From the NCBI GenBank assembly GCA_963743045.1, contig CAVUOF010000032.1, positions 69,611 to 133,610 of the forward strand: 64,000 nt of DNA, read 5' to 3'. Both the position numbers and the translations under genes were made by a program. Shown here one piece after another: positions 41,571-51,866 of this stretch; position 1 is the first letter of the stretch, and the number at the start of each line of letters is the position of its first letter. Source of the stretch: an uncultured Acidobacteriota bacterium. GTDB lineage: Bacteria > Acidobacteriota > Blastocatellia > RBC074. The notes beneath the pieces are model-generated. The model searched no databases. It saw nothing but the letters and a program-made list of their open reading frames with translations, and was not told the DNA's origin.

Positions 41571-41945
41571 GCAGCGTCGATAGGCTCGATGAGACAACCT
41601 CCTGCCTTATGTTCGAATGCTCAGACGCACCGGAATCGTGCCGCAGACTGTCCAGTCTGCGGCGGCCTTCGCTACTGCACCATCAAAGGATATCGGGCGT
41701 GGTCACGAAGTGCTGCCGCAGGCTGGACAGCCTGCGGCGCAGCAGCGTCGATAAGTCGAGAGACAATCTCCCGCCCTATGTTCGAGTGCTCAGTCGCACT
41801 GGAATCGTGCCGCAGACTGTCCAGTCTGCGGCGCCCTTCGCTACTGCACCCTCCAGGATTATCGGGCCTGGTCTCTGAGTGCTGCCGCAGGCTGGACAGC
41901 CTGCGGCACGATTGCGGTCTGCAGTAACCTTCGCTACTGCCCTCA
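41571..41945 (+). repeat. Two tandem copies of the ~170-200-bp two-hairpin REP-like unit
   Basis: Units at 41571-41738 and 41739-41945. Each contains GCCGCAGACTGtccCAGTCTGCGGC and GCCGCAGGCTGgacCAGCCTGCGGC. Confidence 0.75.
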
Positions 41946-42124
41946 GTTGGACAAAGCCGGATTCTCTTCAGATCCGGCCCGAGAGGTAATGAGTCTGCAA
42001 CAACGTCAGTACGTTCGCGAGCGTCTGGGTCAGGGGTTCGATTCAAAATTGACGAAGCAATGGTGGTGAGAGCAGCACGCGGGACGCGTGCGGTCCCAGG
42101 CTGCCCCAATTTCAGCGAGGAAGG

Positions 42125-43330
42125 CTAGTAGATAATCGTGAAGCCGTTGGTGTCGTCGCTGACCACCGCCGCGAGACCAAATACCGGAACTCCAGGAGCT
42201 GAACCGCGCTCACCTACGGGCTTGCCGAGCTCATCAAAGACCTGCCAGGCGAGCGAGCCTCCTTTACGGAATGCAGTTCCTTCGGTCCACACGAGGATTG
42301 TCTGGCCATGACTGTCTAAAGCCAGCACCGGATGTTTGCGCTCGCCGTTGCCACCGGCGGGTGCGATAGGGCCCGTCAAAAACTTGCCCTTCGCGTCGAG
42401 CTCTGCATAGTAGACCTGGCCCTTTGTCTCCCAGGCTGCGAGCAGGCCCTTAGTTCCCTGCGCCATAGAAGTTGTGCTCATCGGGCACGTGTCGAGGTCC
42501 CATCTATCCAGCCGCTGACCGCTGAACTTCTGACCATGATCGGTTGAGCTGAGGAGAAACATGTCCCGGTGAGTATTCTCTGTAGCAGCACGATAGATGA
42601 AACGCACCTCGCCATCCTTCTCGACGAAGCCACGCATCCCGCAGCAACCGCATGCTCCGGTATCGTCATCCAGTGCCGGTACCTCGCGCTCAAACGTCTT
42701 GCCCTCATCATTCGAGCGAGCCAGCCAGACGCGCCGATGCAGCTCGCCCTCGGATGAGCCACTTCCATGCCACGCAACGAAGACGCGACCCTGGCTGTCC
42801 GCCGCTACGGTGCCGCCGCCGTCGAGCCCTGCCGCAAACTGCATGACGTTGCGTTCGGCTTCGAAGGCAGTGCGGCCGTCATTGAGCCGCGCGTAGAGCA
42901 TCGGTGCTGCATCCTTCGGTCCCTTCGGAGTGGCCGTGTTTGACCCCATCCATGCAACATGCACCCGGCCCGAAGGGCTTATGGCAATTTGAGGACCACG
43001 GATTGTGCCTGATGCGATCGCGCTCCCAGCCTGGCTGTTGACGCGCAGCGCAGGTGAAAACTCACGCTCTCCCGGCGCGAGTCGCACATAGGAGATGTTG
43101 CTCGCCGCAGGCTCACCGCTCAAATAGATGACATGCACCAACCCGTGCGAGTCCTTGATCGCCTGCGGCTGAATTCCGCCATTTGGTACCCGGAGGAGGT
43201 TGACCCTCGGAGCAGGCACCTTCCCGGCCGTCTGTGAGTCTCGGGTCGCGTGTACCGACCAAAGCGAGACCGCTACCACCGTCATCAGCAGAACTGCAAT
43301 CGTCAATCGCCTTAACATAATCAATCTCAC
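42125..43330 (-). CDS. BNR/sialidase-like beta-propeller protein with CxCC...CP cysteines (paralog of 27531..28769)
   Basis: 401 aa with an N-terminal TM/signal. Contains RSNDEGKTFE, SSTDHGQKF, GACGCCGMRG and LDTCPMST. The cysteines sit at the same relative positions as in the 27.5-kb paralog. Confidence 0.6.
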   Translation of the reverse strand: MRLIMLRRLTIAVLLMTVVAVSLWSVHATRDSQTAGKVPAPRVNLLRVPNGGIQPQAIKDSHGLVHVIYLSGEPAASNISYVRLAPGEREFSPALRVNSQAGSAIASGTIRGPQIAISPSGRVHVAWMGSNTATPKGPKDAAPMLYARLNDGRTAFEAERNVMQFAAGLDGGGTVAADSQGRVFVAWHGSGSSEGELHRRVWLARSNDEGKTFEREVPALDDDTGACGCCGMRGFVEKDGEVRFIYRAATENTHRDMFLLSSTDHGQKFSGQRLDRWDLDTCPMSTTSMAQGTKGLLAAWETKGQVYYAELDAKGKFLTGPIAPAGGNGERKHPVLALDSHGQTILVWTEGTAFRKGGSLAWQVFDELGKPVGERGSAPGVPVFGLAAVVSDDTNGFTIIY

Positions 43331-44911
43331 TGCATATCACCCGGCCGGAATCGCAGAAAGATGCGAAACGATACCGGGCTCTGACCGTAGACCGGGTCCA
43401 GCTCCCTGGGCTTGTGATAGAGAGTCATATCGCTGCCTATCCCAAAACGTATCGCACGCGTCGAGACTACATCACGAACGCCGCCGAAGGTGAACTCGCC
43501 GACTCGAAATGCCCGGTTGAGAATCGCCGGACACGGATCGTTGCTCCCCGGAGGCGGGGGCGGAAGATGGTGCTTCTCGACCGGAAGACCCTTCACGAAG
43601 AAAGGTATCGGAGGCGGGGGAGGCGGTTTGGAGCCGGGTGGTACGAGCTGGCATCCCGCCACACCGGGCCGGCCCCATATGTTCTCGGCGAGGAGCGCCG
43701 TCTTATCCACCAGCTCGAGCCTCGTATAGAGATGGTTCTTTTCAATGAAGTTGAGCGTCGATTCAAAGAGATACGAGTTGGTATTGCCGAAGCTGTCGTG
43801 ATCTCTGCCCCAGACGAGCGTGCTCGCCCAGCTTCCACGCCGGAAAGGGCCGGTTGTAAGCAATCGACGCGGTCTTGCGCTCAAAGTTCAAATTGTAGAG
43901 CGTCTCGGGATGCACGAGGTGACCGAATGAAAATTGGATCGCCCAATTCGGCGTGGGTGTAAACCAGGCTCGAAAGCTGTATGAGTCGAGTTTGCCAAGA
44001 TCGATGCCGAGCCGATCCTCGTCCGGCTCTGCTCCATGAAACAGTGAGCCTTCGAATTTGAAGAGTCCTGCCGTGACTCCGGCCGTGACCACGCCGTGCG
44101 TAATGTGAGTAGCATCCTGCCAGTGATGGCTGATCGGAGCCGCCGGATTCTCGCTCGCCGAAGCGCGATGCATGAATGCCGTCGGACCGAGAGCAGGCTC
44201 GCCCACGGGACCACCGTAGAACTGCACTGAGACACGCTCTGAGAGCGGGATGGTGTACATGGCAGCCAGTTCCATGAACACGTCGTGAGGATGCTGAGCA
44301 TCGATGATTCCCTGCTTGCGGTAAGTCTCACCCGTCTGAAAGAGCAGCGGGAAGCCGCCGTGCGGCGCTGTCAGAGGCTCAGCCGAAAGCATCGCGCGGA
44401 GCATAAGCTGGCCCGGCCCCACCTTGTGCTCGGCCATCCCCATGAACCAGTTCTCCGACTCGGCCTTCCCCACGCCGCGCGGTCCGCCCTGATTCGAATA
44501 TCCGACCTTGAGATCCATATGGAGCATGATGCTCCAGCCACCGGGCATGAAATGCCACATCGGCACGTTGGTCGAAGCGGGCTGAAGGGACGTACCGGAC
44601 CCGATTGCCTGCATTGCGCGAAACGGGCCGCCCGTTACCGTAGCCAGCATCATCATCTGATGGCCGCCCATCGTCATGTGACCTGAATGATCGGCACTGC
44701 CATCGGAGTGATCCATCCCTTCGTGATCGACTGGCTCACTCTTGTCGGCCTTGTCCTTGTCATCCTTGTCTGAGCCGTCACCCTTCTGCTCTTTCGTCGG
44801 CTTCTGCTGACCAGGATCGCCAGCCTGAGACTCCTGGGCAAGCACGGGTAATGCCGCAAAGAGCAGCAACGCGAGGATCGGAGCTATGAGGATTTTGATA
44901 GTCGCTTTCAC
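43327..44911 (-). CDS. Outer-membrane beta-barrel protein with His/Met-rich N-terminal region; one frameshift near 43870
   Basis: Signal MKATIKILIAPILALLLFAALPVLAQ. Metal-ligand-rich HEGMDHSDGSADHSGHMTMGGHQMMM. Conserved-looking GFPLLFQTGETYRKQGIIDAQHPHDVFMELA. It continues in ORF 43327..43884, ending FRIFLRFRPGDMQ*. Confidence 0.6.
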
Positions 44912-46620
44912 CTACAGATTGCCTCGCCTCGCTTCATCGAGAATGTAGTCACAGGCTCGAGCTGTGAGCGCCATCATCGTCAGCGTCGGATTCTGGCAGC
45001 CAATCGAAGTGAAGCAGGCACCATCGGTAACGAAGAGGTTCTTCACATCCCATGCCTGATTCCGTTTGTTGAGCACCGAGGTCTTCGCGTCAGTCCCCAT
45101 TCGCGCCGTGCCGACCTCGTGAATACAGAAACCCGGCGGGGCCAGCGTGTTGTTGACAAAGTAGGTCCTGAAGCCGGCCGCGTCCACCATCTCCCTGATG
45201 GTCTCGAGCATATCTTTGGCCATGGCGGCCTCATTGGGCCCATGCTTACATTCGACGTGCAGCACGGGAATCCCCATGCATCGACCTTCGACATATCGAG
45301 ACTCACGCGATTGTCGAAGCTCGGAAGCATCTCACCCCAGGCGCCCAACCAGAAGCCGACTTCTTTTCGGGCATCCCTGACGAACCTCTTGTATTGCGGT
45401 CCGAAGCCGGGTATCGAGTTCGCATGCGAGTAGTCAAGCCCCTGCGCGCTGTTGCCCTGCATGCCGTAGCCGCGAATAAAATCCTTGTGCTTATCCCAGA
45501 CGTTCCGGAACTTGGGAACGTAGATGCCGTTGGCTCTGCCATCCGAAAAGTCGTATTCACTCCCTTGAAGCACGGGCACGACTACCCGGAGGCGCTCACC
45601 GAGTAGATATGATCCATCAGGTAGTGGCCGAGCGTGCCTGAACTATTCCCGAGACCTGCGGGATGTATTCGCGACTTCGAATTGAGCAGAACCCGAGTCG
45701 ACTCGAGAGTCGAGGCACAAAGGACGATCACCTTGCCCGACTCCTCGTAATCGCGCTTCGTCAGCTGATCGATTACTCGTACGCCCTTTGCCTTGCCAGT
45801 ATTCGGGTCGACGACAATTTCACGGACGATTGAGTTGGGCCGAAGAGTCATCCGGCCGGTCCGTGCGGCGGCGGGCAACGTCGAGCCGGGACTGCTGTAA
45901 TACGAGGAGGTCGAGCAGCCTCGATCACAGTGGCCGCAGTAATGGCATGCGGCTCGCCCCTGGTGCGGCTTCGTCAGTATCGCGGCGCGGCCAATGACTA
46001 CTTTGCGTTTCTCGAACTTCGATTCGACCGCGCGCTTGAGAATCCGCTCGCCGCAGGTCATGGCCATCGGTGGAAGGAACCTGCTGTCGGGAAGCTGCGG
46101 CAGATTCTCGTATGACCCGGAAATCCCGACAAAGTCCTCGACCTTGTCGTAGTACGGCTCCAGATCGCGGTAGCCGATCGGCCAGTCATCTCCGACGCCG
46201 TCGCGGCTTGCCGCCTTGAATTCATAGTCCGACAGCCTGTAGGACTGGCGCCCCCAGACAACCGAACGCCCGCCCACCTGCCGCGATCGAATCCACCAGA
46301 AGGGCTTCTCTTCAGGTGTTGTGTAGGGATTGTCTATGTCGTCTACGAAGAGATGATGGCCGTACTCATTGGCGGCATAGCAGCGGCTTTGAATCGGCTG
46401 CCGCTCCTTGAAGATCGTCGAGGGCTCAACCAGGCCCCGGTATTTCACTTCGTATGGCCAGGTGTGCTCGCCGAAAGTCCTTCTCCGGGTCGAGTTGGCG
46501 GCCCGCCTCGAGCACCAGCACCCTCATGCCGCCTTCGGTGAGCACTTTGGCCGCCCAGCCGCCGGTTGCGCCGGAGCCGACGACTATTGCGTCGTAATTC
46601 GAGGTTTGCGCTCTACCCAT
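44912..46620 (-). CDS. GMC-family FAD oxidoreductase; at least 3 frameshifts
   Basis: N-terminus [32 protein letters not shown] (46426..46620). Middle parts in 45582..46448 and 45043..45579. C-terminus HEVGTARMG...[29 protein letters not shown] (44912..45277). Confidence 0.75.
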
Positions 46621-47299
46621 ACTCTTAGCCGGCAGGATGAGGGCTTCTTCGGGCGATTCAGAAGTTGAAGTATCCCGGTCCCACTTTCAGTACCATGCAA
46701 CCACGCCCGTGGGAAACTGTGCGCCAGGACAACAGCCAGTATAGTATGCGAAAGCGACACCGTGAAGAGATTAGGATGGCGCTGGAAGAGGCGGCACCAG
46801 ACGAACCCAATGATCCCGGTCAGGAGTGCCAGAGGCGGATTCGGCAAGTGCAAGAAGGCAAAGACCCCAGCCGATGCGAGTGCAGCGGTACGCGGGTTGC
46901 GGAAAGACCTGAGACATTCGCTGGAGAACAAAGTCCTGAAGAGCATATTGCTGGACGAGAGCCCAGAAGAAGATCCATGGAAAGCGCCTCGTCTCCCAAT
47001 CCTCTATCGGACGCAGCGTGCCGAGAAGCCAGCCTGTTCCCGCTAAGACAATGAAGACGATGACGGTCGCGGTGCCTACCTCAAAGACTGACTCGAGGAG
47101 ATTGTCGGCGCGAAAGCCCAGGCCGCGAGCCCCGTCTGCGTGGGTGAAGTTTGAGGCTGCTACGAAGAGGATGCCTCCACCAATGACCGTCCAGAGCGCT
47201 CCCGGAAAGCTGCCCTGCCAGATCCGACATGTAGCTCTCGAGTAGGAACGCGAAGCCGGCAACTTCGAGAAGCGCGATGGTTTTGCGGTCAAGTGCCAT
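46584..47299 (-). CDS. CPBP-family (CAAX/Abi) intramembrane glutamic protease; 2-3 frameshifts, 3' end uncertain
   Basis: Pieces [40 protein letters not shown] and [51 protein letters not shown] sit in three frames. The EExxxR-like and FxxxH motifs are typical of the CPBP family. Confidence 0.55.
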
Positions 47300-47353
47300 G
47301 AGCCCATGATACACGCCCAACCGAGCTAAGGGTAAAGACTCTCCAAGGCAATT

Positions 47354-47470
47354 GTAGGGGCAGGGCTTGTCCCTGCCCGCCCGGCGCCGTCTGGCGCCGG
47401 TAATCAGGCGCAGACGCGGAACTTACCCGCGCCGGACGGCGCGGGACGGGCAGGGACAAGCCGCTGCCCC
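47354..47470. repeat. REPIN-like inverted doublet (GGGCAGGG family)
   Basis: GGGGCAGGGcttgTCCCTGCCC + CCGGCGCCgtctGGCGCCGG, a 26-nt centre, then CCGCGCCggacGGCGCGG + GGGCAGGGACAAGCCGCTGCCCC. Confidence 0.75.
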
Positions 47471-47507
47471 CAATTTGCTCCTTAGCTGATAAGCAGGTTG
47501 CAGAGGA

Positions 47508-48311
47508 TTAGACGAGGACGAGGTCGATGCCGTAGCCGGTGACGGCTGCGCGAAACTTCTCCGGCAATTGAGTGTCACTCAAAACCATATCGATATCCTG
47601 CAGCGAAGCGATCCGGGAGAGACTCGTTTTGCCAAACTTACTCGAGTCGGCAACGAGAATCTTCTGGCGCGCTATTCGGAGCATCGCCTGATTGACTCGC
47701 GACTCTTCGAGATTGGGCGTGCTCAGGCCAAAAGTGAGATCGCAGCCATCCGCCGCGATGAACAATTTATCTGCACTCAGATGGCCAAGCATCTCTTCCG
47801 CAAAGTGGCCGACCACGGAAAACGAATTCTCCCTTAGCACTCCACCCAGGAGGATGACCCTCACACCGCGAACACCGACAAGCTCCTTCGCGATATTCAG
47901 ACCGTTGGTGATTACCTGAACGTTGTGCCTGCCCTTCATTCGACTCGCGATCTCCTGCGTCGTGCTGCCGGAATCGAGGATGATCGTCTCCCCGTCCTTG
48001 ATCATCGCCGCGGCAGCTGCCCCGATCCGCTTCTTCTCTTCGACGTGAGTCTTAACACGCTGCCTGAGAGAGGGCTCGACGCTGATCACATCCGCGGGAA
48101 CCGCGCCGCCGTGGCCCTTGTGCACGAGCCCCCGCTGGTGGAGCTGCTTGAGATCGTTGCGAATGGTGACTTCAGATGTCTGGAAGCGATTGCTGAGCTC
48201 TCTGACTCGGACCTGTCCGTGCTCCCGCAGCAGCGTCAGGATCGCCGCGCGACGCTCTTCAACCAGCATCGACACTCCTATCGCATGGGAGCCACTTGTG
48301 CTTAGTTTCAT
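47508..48311 (-). CDS. DeoR/GlpR-family transcriptional regulator
   Basis: MLVEERRAAILTLLREHGQVRVRELSNRFQTSEVTIRNDLKQL is the HTH region, followed by a DeoR C-terminal sugar-phosphate sensor domain. The real start is probably the Met at about 48269. Confidence 0.8.
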   Translation of the reverse strand: MKLSTSGSHAIGVSMLVEERRAAILTLLREHGQVRVRELSNRFQTSEVTIRNDLKQLHQRGLVHKGHGGAVPADVISVEPSLRQRVKTHVEEKKRIGAAAAAMIKDGETIILDSGSTTQEIASRMKGRHNVQVITNGLNIAKELVGVRGVRVILLGGVLRENSFSVVGHFAEEMLGHLSADKLFIAADGCDLTFGLSTPNLEESRVNQAMLRIARQKILVADSSKFGKTSLSRIASLQDIDMVLSDTQLPEKFRAAVTGYGIDLVLV

Positions 48312-48467
48312 GGAGATACCTCAACGGCTCGTGAGGTTTCGTTTCCAATCGAATGCTTACGTTCGGTTTCGCTACTCGTCGAAGTATAGCTTTAGCGAAA
48401 GATTCTTTGCAAACAGAAAAGTGCTACGTCAGAAGGACGTCGCGACGAGAGCCACCGGGTGCTTTGC

Positions 48468-48497
48468 TTGACCCGGAGGTCAGCACGAGTCTATAAG
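48468..48497 (+). promoter_or_regulatory. Candidate sigma-70-type promoter for pgi
   Basis: TTGACC (48468-48473), an 18-nt spacer, TATAAG (48492-48497), about 37 bp upstream of the pgi ATG. Confidence 0.35.
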
Positions 48498-48533
48498 GTT
48501 TGAAGGCTTTCGACCAGACGCTGAGGATCCAAA

Positions 48534-50102
48534 ATGAGCAATCCGTGGCAGCAATTCGAAAATAGCGTGTGCCTGATACCTTCCGTCGATCTCATGCTCG
48601 ACATCTCGCACATGGCTTTTGAGTCGGATTTCTTCGAACGGATGAAGCCGAAGATCGAGAGCGCGTTCAAGGCCATGGCCGAGCTTGAGCGCGGGGCCAT
48701 CGCCAATCCTGACGAAAAACGAATGGTCGGCCACTACTGGCTGCGCGCGCCTCAGCTCGCACCAACCGCTGAGATCAGCAGAGAGATCGAAGAGACAGTC
48801 TCCCGGATCAAGTCGTTTGCCGCCGATGTCCATGCAGGAAGGGTGCGGCCGCCCAACGCCGATCGATTCACGCAGCTCATCTCGATAGGGATTGGCGGGT
48901 CGGCGCTGGGTCCGATGTTCGTTCATGACGCACTCGGGAATGCGGCGCTGGATTCGATGTCGGTCTCGTTCATCGACAACACCGATCCCGACGGAATCGA
49001 GCGCGTACTCAGGAACATCGGGCCGCGACTAAATCAGACACTCTGCGTAGTGATCAGCAAGAGCGGGAGCACACCGGAGCCTCGCAATGGCCTCATTTGT
49101 GCCTCTGCCGCTCTGAGAGATGCGGGCCTCGACTTTGCCAGGCAGGCCGTGGCGGTGACTGGCGAAGGATCACAGCTCGACCAGCAGGCTGCCGCCGAGG
49201 GATGGCTGGCGAGGTTTCCGATGTGGGACTGGGTAGGTGGCCGGACCAGCGAGTTCAGCGCCGTTGGCCTCGTACCGGCGGCTCTCCAGGGCCTCGACGT
49301 GGATAGTCTGCTGGCAGGCGCCGCGGCATGCGACGAGGCGACGAGAATACCGGAGGTCGAGCGCAATCCGAGCGCTTTGCTGGCACTCATGTGGTATCAC
49401 GCGACGGACGGCCGCGGCCTCAAGGATATGGTGGTTCTGCCGTACAAGGACCGCCTGCTGCTCTTCAGCCGCTACCTGCAGCAGCTCGTCATGGAATCCC
49501 TGGGGAAGAGGCTCAATCTGAAGGGTGAACGGGTCGATCAGGGGATCGCTGTCTACGGCAACAAGGGATCGACCGATCAGCATGCTTACGTGCAGCAGCT
49601 TCGGGATGGAGTCAACAACTTCTTCGTGACCTTCATTCGTGTTCTTGAATCGGGAGGAACGGGGCTCCAGGTCGAACCGGGAGTGACGCCCGGTGACTAC
49701 CTGCATGGCTTCCTGCTGGGAACGCGAGCAGCGCTCTTCGAGAACGGTCGTCAATCAATCACCATCACCATCCCTCGGGTCGATGCGCGGAGTCTTGGCG
49801 CGCTGATCGCGCTCTTTGAGCGAGCGGTCGGATTCTACGCATCCCTCATCGGCATCAACGCCTACCATCAGCCGGGCGTCGAGGCGGGAAAGAAGGCTGC
49901 GGCGGCAGTTCTGGCACTGCAGAGCCGAGTCGTTTCGGCGCTCAGCTCAGAAGGACGTACAGCTCAGCAGATCGCCTCAGCAATCTCAGGAGAGACGTCT
50001 CCCGCGACTGTCTTCTATCTGCTCGAGCATCTCGCATCGAATGGCCGGGCGAGAGTAGTCTCTCCGGGACTGCCTGGGGCAAAAACCTTTGCATCGGTAT
50101 AG
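48534..50102 (+). CDS. pgi: Glucose-6-phosphate isomerase
   Basis: 522 aa, intact. Contains [26 protein letters not shown] and [15 protein letters not shown]. Confidence 0.9.
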   Translation: MSNPWQQFENSVCLIPSVDLMLDISHMAFESDFFERMKPKIESAFKAMAELERGAIANPDEKRMVGHYWLRAPQLAPTAEISREIEETVSRIKSFAADVHAGRVRPPNADRFTQLISIGIGGSALGPMFVHDALGNAALDSMSVSFIDNTDPDGIERVLRNIGPRLNQTLCVVISKSGSTPEPRNGLICASAALRDAGLDFARQAVAVTGEGSQLDQQAAAEGWLARFPMWDWVGGRTSEFSAVGLVPAALQGLDVDSLLAGAAACDEATRIPEVERNPSALLALMWYHATDGRGLKDMVVLPYKDRLLLFSRYLQQLVMESLGKRLNLKGERVDQGIAVYGNKGSTDQHAYVQQLRDGVNNFFVTFIRVLESGGTGLQVEPGVTPGDYLHGFLLGTRAALFENGRQSITITIPRVDARSLGALIALFERAVGFYASLIGINAYHQPGVEAGKKAAAAVLALQSRVVSALSSEGRTAQQIASAISGETSPATVFYLLEHLASNGRARVVSPGLPGAKTFASV

Positions 50103-50114
50103 CCGAATTCGCTG

Positions 50115-51644
50115 ATGAGGTTTCCAAGGTCAAGCGGAGTCCTCCTTCACCCGACCTCGCTACCGGGGCGTTTCGGCATGGGCGATCTTGGTAAGGAGGC
50201 CTATCGTTTCGCCGACTTTCTCGCGGCATCGAAGCAGCGCATCTGGCAAGTGCTGCCGCTCACACCAACCGGCTACGGCAATTCTCCGTATCAATCTCCT
50301 TCCGCTTTTGCCGGCAATCCGTTGCTGATCAGCCTCGACAGCCTGCTTGACGAAGGTCTCCTGGAACGAGGGGATCTGCCGGAGCTTCCCGATTCGAATC
50401 CCGGCGAGGCTGCCTTTGAAGAGGCGGCAGCATACAAGCTGCCGCTTTTGCGGCGCGCTTATGAGCGGTTTCACTCTCGAGGCCAGGCATCCGACTTCCT
50501 GGAGTGGACATCCCGGGAGAAGGGATGGCTCGATGACTACTCGCTCTATTTCGCTCTTAAGCAGGCGCATGGCGATCGCGTCTGGACTGAATGGGAGTCC
50601 GGCGTAGCGGCGCGCGATCCTGTGGCAATGACGAAATGGCGGGCCAGGCTCGCGGATGAGATCGAGGGCATCGCAAATTCGAGCAATTCATCTTCTTTCG
50701 CCAGTGGAATCGGCTGAAGACCTACTGCCGGGATCGCGGCATCTGCATGTTCGGCGATCTTCCAATCTATGTAGCGCACGATAGCGCCGATGTCTGGTCA
50801 CATCCTGACCTGTTTTGCCTGGATGCCGAGGGGCAGCCGACATCTGTCGCCGGCGTGCCCCCGGACTATTTCAGCGCTACGGGGCAGTTGTGGGGAAACC
50901 CGATATACAACTGGTCGAAGATGTCAGCGGACGGCTTCAAATGGTGGATTGAGCGAATTCATCAAACGCTCGGCGTGGTGGACATCATTCGGCTCGACCA
51001 CTTCCGAGGGATCGAGGCCTATTGGGAGGTGCCTGCCGGTGAGACCACGGCAGTCAAGGGGAAGTGGGTTAAGGGGCCGGGTGCTTCGCTCCTGGCGGCG
51101 GCGGAGCGGGTGCTCGGAGAGTTGCCGATAGTCGCAGAGAATCTCGGAGTGATTACACCTGAAGTAGAAGCGATTCGAGGGCAGTTCAGCTTTCCGGGTA
51201 TGGCCGTGCTCCAATTCGCTTTCGGTAACGACGCTCAGGCTTCGAGCTTTCGACCTCACAATTACGATCGGAATCTGGTGGCTTATACCGGGACTCACGA
51301 CAACGACACGACAGTCGGATGGTGGCGGAGCTCGGGAAGCCAGGCTAGTACGAGGACGGAGGAGGATATTCGCAAGGAACGTGAGACTGCTCGGTGAGTA
51401 TCTCAACCTGGATGGACGGGAGGAACAGATCAGCTGGGCGTTCATTCGCGCAGTGATGGCGTCGGTGGCCGATACGGTTGTCATTCCGCTGCAGGATATT
51501 CTTCTCTCTCGATAACGCGAGCACGAATGAACCTGCCGGGCTCCGCCGGAGGCAGCAATTGGCGATGGCGGTTTCGGGCGGGAGATGATAACTCCGGAGA
51601 TCACGCATAAGCTGGCTGAGCTCACCACGCTGTACGGCCGCTAG
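50115..51644 (+). CDS. malQ: 4-alpha-glucanotransferase (amylomaltase); at least 2 frameshifts (~50700, ~51400-51500)
   Basis: RSSGVLLHPTSLPGRFGMGDLG..., WQVLPLTPTGYGNSPYQSPSAFAGNPLLISL, GDLPIYVAHDSADVW, IRLDHFRGI and YTGTHDNDT. The tail ends ...LAELTTLYGR* at 51644. Confidence 0.85.
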
Positions 51645-51651
51645 CAAGAGT

Positions 51652-51782
51652 TACCCGCGCCCTTCGGCACGGGCGGGCAGGGACAAGCCCTGCCCCTACA
51701 TATGTCTCGACAATGTGGCACTTCGCGATGACCTTGTAGGGGCAGGGCTTGTCCCTGCCCGCCCGCGCCGTCCGGCGACGGT
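51652..51782. repeat. REPIN-like inverted doublet (GGGCAGGG family)
   Basis: GGGCAGGGACAAGCCCTGCCCCTACA, a 38-nt centre, then TGTAGGGGCAGGGCTTGTCCCTGCCC. Flanked by CCCGCGCC../..GCGCCGTCCGGCG hairpin halves. Confidence 0.75.
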
Positions 51783-51866
51783 GAATGTCTTTCCAAGTTG
51801 GTCGCCTTCAACTAATATTCGCAGGCTGTTCTACCATTCCTGAAGAGAGACGGGAGACCCGCTCAG

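Noticed and set aside
41571-41945. Tandem repeats that might be a CRISPR array
   Set aside because: The units are ~170-200 bp long and directly abutting, with no unique spacers. Only two or three copies exist, and no cas genes are in the window. They fit REP-like hairpin units instead.
40294-41945. Integron-style gene cassette (attC sites flanking a TA cassette)
   Set aside because: No intI integrase or attI is present. I found only one GTTRRRY-like core (GTTAGGC near 40528) and no matching RYYYAAC partner in the units. The hairpins are perfect GC stems, unlike attC bulged structures.
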